From positions 1-64,000 of the forward strand of contig NIVC01001891.1 in NCBI GenBank assembly GCA_002269645.1: a stretch of 64,000 nt of DNA. Direction: 5' to 3'. Every line of letters begins with the position of its first letter. Position 1 is the stretch's first letter. A program made the translations under genes and the position numbers. Below, piece by piece: positions 23,160 through 34,900 of the stretch. The notes under the pieces were generated by a model. That model worked only from the letters and a program-made list of their open reading frames with translations. It was not told the DNA's origin and did not search any database. The stretch is from Macrostomum lignano (taxonomy: Eukaryota).

Positions 23160-26100
23160 TCAAGCAGTTACGTCGACATCCAGATGACCGACAACTCCGC
23201 TGATGCCTGCAAGGCTAACGTCTGTCGTTGAAGCGATTTTTGTCGTCGATTTCCTAATGCCATTGTCAGCTGTTCCTCGCCGATCACCGTTTGAGCCAGT
23301 TTTTCTTGCCAGCGCCTTCGGCGAGGCTGCGATTCCCAGTCGGAAAAGGAACTCCATCAGCTCAACCATGGTGACAATACTCGCTCCCATCCATAGACCT
23401 GCGTTTGGGAGAAGTTTTCAATACATGTAATTAAACCAAAATTTTCGGGGATGTTCAGGAAGCGCTACTAGTGCACCAGCTCCTATACTTTAGTACACTT
23501 ATTTGTGTTCAATTTTAACAAAACTCGCATTCGAAGTATCGTAGTAAGGGCGTTCATTCTGTCTATGGACAAAACTTACCCCTGACTGCAGATTTCCCTT
23601 TAAATAATTCGGAATGCTATATTCAAATTCAGCACAACATTTTTGACGGGCTTTTTGAGTGTACATCATATCAATCTTCAGCAGACTTCCCTCTCAAGCT
23701 ATCAATATAGAACTGTCTATTGCTCTTTATATAGTATCTCTCTTAGAAGTCCAGATGTACTCGTAATGATGTGAGTTTTGTGATACGAAGCATACGAGCG
23801 CATTCAGTAGAAGAACGAATTAGGACTTCCAAGAACGAGAGACCCTTACCGAGAATGCCACCGAGATCGGACAGCAGGTTCCGCAGGGGATAGACCCAGT
23901 CTTCCCGGCTGTGAACGGAGCTACTTGAAGCGGCTCGTAGGTCCAACAGCGCAAAGTAGCCGAACTTCTCGTTGATCGGTCGAGACTTTGCTTGAACTAA
24001 GATTTTTAAAGGGCCACTGCCCGACTCCACGGCTCGAGAGACTGCCCGGTCGATGTAGAGATTTAACGAGCTGTTTGTTGCGTTCAACGTATATTCGTCT
24101 ACTTCGTTTGTTGGCCAATTCGTTGAAGCGACGCTTGGCTGCAATTTTATGAAAATAAAAACTGCAATTGTCATAATTAAGTTCACAAGCGGCTTAAGGT
24201 TGACATCCATGTTGTCGCCCATGCAAGACAATTGACCTCGGAGAGGCCTGTTCGGCGATTCACGCTCATGACAGTCAAACTGAGGATGTACGAGCGTAAC
24301 TGACAGTCAGAGCACTGTTCACCCGGCATGTGTCAGCGTCATGCAACCAACCCGTATTAACCAGTGGGTGGCAACCCAAGCACGGGGAAAGTTTGACTGG
24401 CACCCTAGAATTTCTGCCACTACCTACCTAAGCGCAAAGGGTCAGCGACCATCTATCGCCTGGACTCTCCTGAGGGAAACCGTGCTCAGGACAACAGGAA
24501 CCACCGGATCTCCTTGCGCGACACTGCAGCACTAGCTTACCGTGGATGGCAGGGGTAAACAGAACGGGAAATGACGCCTCTCCGCTGTATCAAGATGTAT
24601 GTAACCCCCTGCACTGAAGTTAAGTAAGTAAGTCGATGTGTGAAAGTCTGATACCTGTGAGTGTGTCCTTAGTAGAGACTGTCGACCTTGTTTGTGGAAT
24701 TTCAAAAGCAAACTAAGTAAACTGATGCAGGAAAAGTCACGTCTATCGTTACTACTATACATCAAGCTAATAAGCTCATTCACCTGGTACTCGACGCGAC
24801 GGCACAGCCGCAGACAGCCGCTGGTATTGACACCAAAGCCGCCTCTCTGCGTTTGACGCTCACTGACTGTATCGAAACAGATCGAATTCAGTCTTGGTTG
24901 CTGCCACGCGTCCCAGTGCGATTGGTAGAACGTCTCAAACTCTGTGATATTTCCCGAAGTGTAGTTGTACACCGTCATGTTGTTCACGGGGGCTGGGTCG
25001 GTTGGAATTGGCATAACGTCGACGAAGAAGGCCGGCTCCCACAGGGCGTGGCACGGTTGCACTGCAGGTTCCAGTAGTAGGTCTGTTGGCGTCGGCAGGT
25101 GCTCCGCAAGGCAGCCGCACTCGCTCAGGAATTCCAACTGTCTCTGAAGAAGCAGGCAGTCGCGCTGACCGGCGATGAAGCTCTGCTGTCTGCCACCCTC
25201 CGTGTAGGTGACGTTGCCGAGACTGTCTGTGCAGCTATAGGCCTTCCGGTTCAGTTTTGTCTCTACTCGGCGACTCACCTTAGTGCTGACTCGCTGAGCA
25301 AGCGGCACTTTGAAGGCGGTTGTCATGTCCGGCACCGTGCCTGTTCGGATGAGAATGGAATGTACTCGTAAGCAAGCAAGTAAGTTGTACCAACCAACCA
25401 ACCAACCAACCGACCAACCAACCAACCAACCGACCAACCAACCAACCAACAAACCAACAACCAACCAACCAACCAACCAACCAACCAACCAACCGACCAA
25501 CCAACCAACCAACCAACTAACTAACCAACTAACCAACCAACCGACCAACTAACCAACTAACCAACCAACCAACCAACCAACCAACCAACCAACCAACCGA
25601 CCAACCAACAAACTAACCAACCAACCAACCAACCAACCAACTAACCAACCGACCAACTAACCAACCAACCAACCAACCAACCGACTAACCAACCAACCAA
25701 CCAACTAACCAACCAACCAACCAACCAACCGACCAACCGACCAACCAACCAAGCAACCAACCAACCAACCGACTAACCAACCAACCAACCAACTAACCAA
25801 CTAACCAACCAACCAACCAACCAAGCAACCAACCAACCAACCAACCAACCAACCAACCAACCAACCAACCAAGCAACCAACCAACCAACCAACCAACCAA
25901 CCAACCAACCAACCAACCAACCAACCAACCAACCAACCAAGCAACGGATACATCATGCATTATATTTTCATATTACTGTATAATACCTGTATACAAAGTC
26001 TGTATACAAAGTCAGTCCGAGTACGACCCATGAGTCTTCCCATACGTGGCTACTTTAGTATTTATGATTTCTGTCTTTTACCCAGTTGCCTTTAACTTGA

Positions 26101-27660
26101 TATAGACTTTATTGAACGACAGTATCGCCACTGCAGCGCACTTGACCCGCTCTGCAAGTAGCAGTCTTACCCCCAAAGCCAGTCAATCAATAAGCAGTGT
26201 CATTATTACGCTTAACTTTGAGCTCTGGCTAGACCAGCTGCTGCTTTTGGCCGTTCTTCTAACAGTAGCTCCCTAACTCCCTATGCACCCACCGCGTTTG
26301 CAATTGCTGTCTTTGGCTAATTTGTTGACAAATAACCCCATAAACCCCTGCAAGACACCAGTGCATAACTTTATTTGCGGCAAAAAAGCATAACTGACCT
26401 TAGTAATGCCCCAAGGGAAAATAATTGTGTTTAATTATGCATTCCACGTGACTTCTAAGCTGACTCACAAGAATGCAATGAGATTATTTAATGGAAGTGA
26501 AGACCTTCCTGCAGACTGCAGAGTCCATTAGTGCACAGCACTCTTTGACTCGGAAAAAGAACGACTTAAGGACGATAGAAGACTTAAGCTTTTAAACTTC
26601 TGTGACTGCTTTCATGAGCTGTGACTAAAATTTGGTTACACGAGTGAACTGCTAAGCTAGCAGTTTCGTTGTGCCATAGACGAAATCATTGTGGGCTGAT
26701 TCTGGGTGCTCCATGCAGCGATTTTCCTTTTCTTCGCTCCTCGCAAGCCCCGCAAGCTAAACTCCTTTGCGGTCAGATAAATTCTTCAAAAAGAAGAAGA
26801 GTGAATGTCTTGCATAGATCGGAAGCAACTTTACTAAGTTTATTCCTAAGTTTGCTGATAGATCTTAACTCCGAAGCGAAGATCAAGAACAGGAAGCCAA
26901 GATAGCAAACAGATCAAGCTAAAAGCTTACCGGGCTCGTGCAAGCTGATGGAGAAGCCCGGGATGTGGTTAATTTCCTCCTCTTCTGTGAGGAAGCTGTT
27001 CGCATCCGAGTACAGCAGCAGGAAAAGCCCCTTGCCCTCCTCCGTCTGTGCAACGCTCCGATCCTCCGGCGTGAACGTGAAGCACAGGAAGCGCTCGGGG
27101 TCGCGGTACTCTGCGAACTCCTTGTCAAGATGGCAGTTTCGCGAGTTGAAAGTGCACGCTACCACCGTGTCTCGCAGCGTCTGGAACTGCTGCGAGCGGT
27201 AGGCGACCTGCTTCAGACTGAACATGCCGTCATCGTAGGAGCTGTAGGGATAGTAGGGAATCGCTGGGTGGGACTTGTTCGACTTGATGCGGTACCAGAT
27301 CCTCGCCAGGTCGTACGTCATGTCGTACACGGACCGGTTGCTGCCATACCTGTTGGGGATGCTCGAGTTCGAGTAGAAGTAGTGGATGTAGTCATTCGGA
27401 CACACCGTCACCGACGGGAACTGGAAGTCGTCCAGACCTTCGAAGGCCTCGGTGTTGACCGGGTACTCTAAGTAGCGGGTGAGCAGTTGGCCAAGGTGGA
27501 CGAAGAAGCCGACAACGGTGCCGAGGACGAACAGCAGCCAGACGGCGCGGTAGACGAGCGGCCCGTCGCTCAAACGTCGCACGCCGTGGATTGTCGTCTC
27601 CCTGGAGAACACGCGGCCGATCTCGGAGCGAGATTGGCTGTTAAGGTTTGTGTCGCTCAT
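23160..27660 (-). CDS. DEG/ENaC (ASIC/amiloride-sensitive sodium channel family) subunit, paralog A, 604 aa
   Basis: Exons 27660-26931, 25340-24784, 24138-23850, 23398-23160; phases match, 1815 nt. Pre-TM1 TTIHG motif, TM1, FPSVTVC, CFTF, Cys-rich thumb (ECGC), STNWP, TM2 [16 protein letters not shown] selectivity filter. Confidence 0.92.
25392..25944 (+). repeat. (AACC)n microsatellite in intron 1 of DEG/ENaC paralog A
   Basis: Directly visible, starting about 50 bp from the exon 2 acceptor. Confidence 0.97.
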
Positions 27661-28129
27661 GTTGCGATCTAATTGTTTGTAGACAATCTCGTACTTTAAA
27701 ACTGTATAATCTATTACTAGATTAAGTGTACAACTGCTGTGCGCATCGGCAAGACTTTTAAAGTCTCGAGTTGACTGCTTGCCTATTGGATGGCATTTAG
27801 CTAAGGCTTGAGAACTGCTCAGCCAATAAAGCCTCAAGAATAGTTTAGAGTGGCTTTAGACTCGAGTGGTTTCCCATGAACCCTTATACCTCAGTGAGCT
27901 ATTCTCCTGCAATGGAGCATGACTAATTGGCTAAAAAATGCCATTAAGTAAATCAATGAGGCAAGAGAAATGACCAATCGAATGAGCCAGGGCTACGGCA
28001 GATATGTAAGCTATGGAGAAACAGGCTGCACAGAAAGATTTAGTCTATTTCTATATTTGGTCTAATTCATATAGCTAGCGAAATATATGCTAATAACAGA
28101 TTATTCTTGCGGATACATGAATAAATACA

Positions 28130-30835
28130 ATTTAATCTTCCAGATTACAGGTTAATCTTCCAGATTACAGGTTAATCTTCCAGATGAAAGGTAGGAATAC
28201 ATGTTAATCTTCCAGATTACAGGTAAGAATACAGGTTAATCATCCAGTTTACAGGTAAAAATACAGACTAATCTTCCAGATTACAGGTAGGAATACAGGT
28301 TATTTTTCCAGATTACAGGAAAGAATACAGGTTACTCTTCCAGATTACAGGCAAGAATACAGGTTATTCTTCCAGATTACAGCAAAGAATACAGGTTAAT
28401 CATCCAGTTAACAGGAAAGAAAGAATACACGTTAATCATCAAGATTACAGGAAAGAAAGAATACAGGTTAATCATCCAGATTACAGGAAGGAATACACGT
28501 TAATCATCCAGATTACAGGAAAGAATACAGGTCAATCATCCAGATTACAGAAAAGAAAGAATACAGGTTAATCATCCAGATTACAGGAAAGAATACAGGT
28601 CAATCATCCAGATTACAGAAAAGAAAGAATACAGGTTAATCATCCAGATTACAGGAAAGAATACAGGTCAATCATCCAGTTAACAGGAAATAAATAATAC
28701 AGGTTAATCATCCAGATTACAGGAAATAAATAATACAGGTTAATCATCCAGATCGCAGGAAAGAAAGAATACAGGTTAATTATCCAGATATCAGGAAAGA
28801 AAACAGGTTAATCTTCTAGATTACAGGTAAGAATACAGGTTAATCATCCAGATATCAGGAAAGAATACAGGTCAATCATCCAGATTACAGAAAAGAAAGA
28901 ATACAGGTTAATCATCCAGATTACAGGAAAGAATACAGGTCAATCATCCAGATTACAGGAAATAAATAATACAGGTTAATCATCCAGTTAACAGGAAATA
29001 AATAATACAGGTTAATCATCCAGTTAACAGGAAATAAATAATACAGGTTAATCATCCAGTTAACAGGAAATAAATAATACAGGTTAATCATCCAGATTAC
29101 AGGAAATAAATAATACAGGTTAATCATCCAGATTACAGGAAAGAATACAGGTCAATCATCCAGATTACAGAAAAGAAAGAATACAGGTTAATCATCCAGA
29201 TTACAGGAAAGAATACAGGTCAATCATCCAGATTACAGGAAATAAATAATACAGGTTAATCATCCAGTTAACAGGAAATAAATAATACAGGTTAATCATC
29301 CAGATTACAGGAAAGAATACAGGTCAATCATCCAGTTAACAGGAAATAAATAATACAGGTTAATCATCCAGATTACAGGAAATAAATAATACAGGTTAAT
29401 CATCCAGTTAACAGGAAATAAATAATACAGGTTAATCATCCAGTTAACAGGAAATAAATAATACAGGTTAATCATCCAGTTAACAGGAAATAAATAATAC
29501 AGGTTAATCATCCAGTTAACAGGAAATAAATAATACAGGTTAATCATCCAGTTAACAGGAAATAAATAATACAGGTTAATCATCCAGTTAACAGGAAATA
29601 AATAATACAGGTCAATCATCCAGATTGCAGAAAAGAAAGAATACAGGTTAATCATCCAGATTACAGGAAATAAATAATACAGGTTAATCATCCAGTTAAC
29701 AGGAAATAAATAATACAGGTTAATCATCCAGTTAACAGGAAATAAATAATACAGGTTAATCATCCAGTTAACAGGAAATAAATAATACAGGTTAATCATC
29801 CAGTTAACAGGAAATAAATAATACAGGTTAATCATCCAGTTAACAGGAAATAAATAATACAGGTTAATCATCCAGTTAACAGGAAATAAATAATACAGGT
29901 TAATCATCCAGTTAACAGGAAATAAATAATACAGGTTAATCATCCAGTTAACAGGAAATAAATAATACAGGTTAATCATCCAGATTGCAGGAAAGAAAGA
30001 ATACAGGTTAATTATCCAGATTGCAGGAAAGAAAGAATACAGGTTAATTATCCAGATTGCAGGAAAGAAAGAATACAGGTTAATTATCCAGATATCAGGA
30101 AAGAAAACAGGTTAATCTTCTAGATTACAGGTAAGAATACAGGTTAATCATCCAGATATCAGGAAAGAATACAGGTTAATCATCCAGATTACGGGAAAGA
30201 ATACAGGTTAATCATCCAGATTACGGGAAAGAATACAGGTTAATCATCCAGATTACGGGAAAGAATACAGGTTAATCATCCAGATTACGGGAAAGAATAC
30301 AGGTTAATCATCCAGATATCAGGAAAGAATACAGGTTAATCATCCAGATTACAGGAAAGAATACAGGTTAATCATCCAGATTACAGGAAATAATACAGGT
30401 TAATCATCCAGATTACAGGAAAGAATACAGGTTACTCTTCCAGATTACAGGAAAGAATACAGGTTAATCATCCAGATTACAGGAAAGAATACAGGTTAAT
30501 CATCCAGATTACAGGAAAGAATACAGGTTAATCATCCAGATTACAGGAAAGAATACAGGTTAATCATCCAGATTACAGGAAAGAATACAGGTTAATCATC
30601 CAGATTACAGGAAAGAATACAGGTTAATCATCCAGATTACAGGAAAGAAAGCAGGTTAATCATCCAGATTACAGGAAAGAATACAGGTTACTCTTCCAGA
30701 TTACAGGAAAGAATACAGGTTAATCATCCAGATATCAGGAAAGAATACAGGTTAATCATCCAGATATCAGGAAAGAATACAGGTTAATCATCCAGATATC
30801 AGGAAAGAATACAGGTTAATCATCCAGATTAAGGG
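28130..30835 (+). repeat. Compound minisatellite of 32-bp (ttacaggaaagaatacaggttaatcatccaga) and 36-bp variants, between the two DEG/ENaC genes
   Basis: About 80 units; central block is the 36-bp gttaacaggaaataaataatacaggttaatcatcca variant. Confidence 0.96.
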
Positions 30836-31572
30836 AAATAATGCGGGTTAATCTTTCAGTAATTATGTATGCAAGACTGAAGGGTCCCTGGTTATTTACT
30901 TTTCCATAATGGAAGGCGGTGACCTTGTTGCACGCATATTTCTCATACTAATAGAAAACACAAGCAAAAAACCTTTTTGTCTGAAATAGATGGTACAATT
31001 TCTCAAGCTGACAGGTTGAAAGTTAAATATAGTTAATCATATTTCCATGGCTTTCTAAAGAAGACTTTCAGAGCAGCATTTTAACCATTATTGATTCTCA
31101 ACTGTCAGCTGCCAAGAAAAATTTGAGTTGACTGGCTTTGAGTAGTCTCTAAGACTGCTTCTGTTAAGCCAGACATTCAGACAGTCAAACAAAGAAACAC
31201 TTTCAACTGTCACCGCAACAAACATTCCCAAGTAAGAGTACTATTTTAATTATTAAAACAGGCCAGAGAAAGTCAAATAAGCAGATTAAAGCGCACGAAA
31301 ATTAACCTTTCAATGCAGACTCAGTTCAAACCCGAATCAGGCACGGGAGTTTAGAAATTGATGCGAAATAGAAATTAGAAATCTTATTAGCAAATATAGT
31401 GCTAATTTGCGATGCGCTTACTCATAAGTAGCGGAAGCATTTTAGATAGCTAAGCTTCGTACAGCCTCGTACGAGATAAGAGTGCATTTTTTATAGTAAT
31501 AAACTCCCAAGGCGCACTCAAAGGTTTAGTAAATGTGTACTAAATACTGCTAGAACGCGTCGAGGCGATGCA

Positions 31573-31947
31573 CTAAGCATGGACGTCAACATCAAGATGG
31601 CCAGTCACGGAGCTGACGCTGGCGCAGTGGATCGCACTGGCTGTCCCCGCAGCAGCCGCAGCAGTGGCCTCTGTGGAGCTCGATTTGCCATCAGATACGA
31701 CTTTTCGATCGCTGCCAGCCTGATCAGTGTCGTCTGATGTCGACAGGGCACCGGAGAACGGAGTCAGAAAGAGGCGAACTACCAGCTCGACCAGTTCGAT
31801 CACAGTGATGATGCTGGCACCCATCCACAGGCCTGGAGGGCGGCAGTTAGTTAGTTAATTAGTTAGTTAGCTAGTTAATTAGTTAGTTAGTTAGTTAGTT
31901 ACTTAGTTAATTAGTTAGTTAGTTAGTTAGTTAGTTAATTAGTTAGC

Positions 31948-31978
<31 letters not shown>

Positions 31979-34900
31979 CTAGCTAGCTAATTAGTTAGTT
32001 AGTTAGTTAGTTAGTTAATAATTAGTTAGGCAGTCAGTCAGTCAGTTAGCCAGTCTTCAGTGCCATCGCAGGTAAAGAAGAAACCCCAGTCTGCAAAACT
32101 CACGTCAATCATCATGTTTGACATGGGTAATTAATTTTCAGATCAACTTACTACGGAAAATAATTTAGGCTAGTTAGTTAGTAGGACATTATTTTCCATA
32201 CTGGAGTCTGCATCGGTCTGTTACTTTTCAGTGCTGTACTTTGAGAAAGGAACTTTCAAATATTTGCTCACCCCATCATTAACGGCCTATAGCTGGCAGT
32301 CGATTTGAGAATATGAGAGAAAATATTGAATAAAGGTGCTCAAGTGTGTGCAGGCAGCTGCTCAATCTTCTCAGTAATGAAATAATGGATTGATTGATTA
32401 CTGGGCTGAGTTTGCCAGACTGGGGTGGCACTGCGACAAGTGTGACCTGATTAACACTTTAACAGACGGCGTGACTTGGAATTCAGTTCGGCAAAATTTT
32501 TATAAAGCATGAAACAGAATTTTTAGTGGTCCTCGGCTTTTGCTTTCAAAGGATTTAGAAATCTACTGAATTGATTTGAGTGCTGCTTCAGACTTATTGC
32601 AAATACCTCCAGACATGGAGTAGATGAGACAGCAGGACATTTCAATGACAGAGTGGATAAACAGCAGGACATTTCAATGACAGAGTAGATGAGACAGCAG
32701 GACATTTCAATGACAGAGTGGATAAGACAGCAGGACATTTAGAAGACACAAAATGGATGAGACAGCAGGACATTTAGAATGTACACTAAATGGATGAGAC
32801 AGCAGGACATTTAGAATGTACACTAAATGGATGAGACAGCAGGACATTTAGAATGTACACTAAATGGATGAGACAGCAGGACATTTAGAATGTACACTAA
32901 ATGGATGAGACAGCAGGACATTTAGAAGACACAGAGTGGATGAGACAGCAGGACATTTAGAAGACACAGAGTGGATGAGACAGCAGGACATTTAGAATGT
33001 ACACTAAATGGATGAGACAGCAGGACATTTAGAAGACACAGAGTGGATGAGACAGCAGGACATTTAGAAGACACAGAGTGGATGAGACAGCAGGTAATTT
33101 AGAAGACACAGAGTGGATGAGACAGCAGGACATTTAGGACACAGAGTGGATGAGACAGCAGGACATTTAGAAGACACAGAGTGGATGAGACAGCAGGACA
33201 TTTAGAAGACACAGAGTGGATGAGACAGCAGGACATTTAGAAGACACAGAGTGGATGAGACAGCAGGACATTTAGAAGACACAGAGTGGATGAGACAGCA
33301 GGACATTTAGAAGACACAGAGTGGATGAGACAGCAGGACATTTAGAAGACACAGAGTGGATGAGACAGCAGGACATTTAGAAGACACAGAGTGGATGAGA
33401 CAGCAGGACATTTAGAAGACACAGAGTGGATGAGACAGCAGGACATTTAGAAGACACAGAGTGGATGAGACAGCAGGACATTTAGAAGACACAGAGTGGA
33501 TGAGACAGCAGGACATTTAGAAGACACAGAGTGGATGAGACAGCAAGACATTTAGAAGACACAGAGTGGATGAGACAGCAGGACATTTAGAAGACACAGA
33601 GTGGATGAGACAGCAAGACATTTAGAAGACACAGAGTGGATGAGACAGCAGGACATTTAGAAGACACAGAGTAGATGAGACAGCAGGGCATTTAGAAGAC
33701 ACAGAGTGGATGAGACAGCAGGACATTTAGAAGACACAGAGTGGATGAGACAGCAGGACATTTAGAAGACACAGAGTGGATGAGACAGCAGGACATTTAG
33801 AAGACACAGAGTGGATGAGACAGCAGGACATTTAGAAGACACAGAGTGGATGAGACAGCAGGACATTTAGAAGACACAGAGTGGATGAGACAGCAGGACA
33901 TTTAGAAGACACAGAGTGGATGAGACAGCAGGACATTTAGAAGACACAGAGTGGATGAGACAGCAGGACATTTAGAAGACACAGAGTGGATGAGACAGCA
34001 AGACATTTAGAAGACACAGAGTGGATGAGACAGCAGGACATTTAGAAGACACTGAGTGGATGAGACAGCAAGACATTTAGAAGACACAGAGTGGATGAGA
34101 CAGCAGGACATTTAGAAGACACAGAGTGGATGAGACAGCAGGACATTTAGAAGACAGAGAGGATGAGACAGCAAGACAGACAACACAGATCCCCTCCCCC
34201 AGCAACAAACCCAAAATTCCTCCCAGATCCGACAGCAGGTTCCTCAGCGGGTAGACCCAGTCCTCGATGCTGTGCATTGTACTGCTGGTAGCAGCTCCAA
34301 GGTCCAACAGAGAAAAATATTGAAACTTCTCAGTCAATGGCCGAGATTTAGCTTCAAGCAGGATGTCCAACCTGTCCAGACCAGAGTCCAGAGCCCGAGC
34401 GATGGCTCGATCGATGTAGAGGTTTACCGAGTTGTTTGTTGCGTTCAGCGAGTAATTATTGTTAGAATTTGATGTTGAATTTTTTAGCTGTAAACAGGTA
34501 TGTCGCGGCCAGCTCGTGGCGGTGACGCTTGACTAAAATTAATAATGAAGTGAGTTAGTAGACTCCAAACTAAGAAAGCAGGTGGTTAAGCTACCTGTTT
34601 TTTTAAGATAAATAAAGCTACTGCTAATAGGGCACCAAAGCTACTGCTAATCGAGCGCCAAAGCTACTGCTAATAGAGCGCCAAAGCTACTGCTAATAAG
34701 GCGCCAAAGCTACTGCTAATAGGGCACCAAAGCTACTGCTAATAAGGCGCCAAAGCTACTGCTAATAAGGCGCCAAAGCTACTGCTAATAGAGCGCCAAA
34801 GCTACTGCTAATAGGGCGCCAAAGCTACTGCTAATAGAGCGCCAAAGCTACTGCTAATAGGGCGCCAAAGCTACTGCTAATAGAGCGCCAAAGCTACTGC

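Noticed and set aside
24540-24615. Possible extra exon of DEG/ENaC paralog A (AG...GTAAG bounded)
   Set aside because: Exon 2 (EYQ) joins exon 3 (PSVASTNWP) directly in phase, matching paralog B; the segment has no counterpart there.
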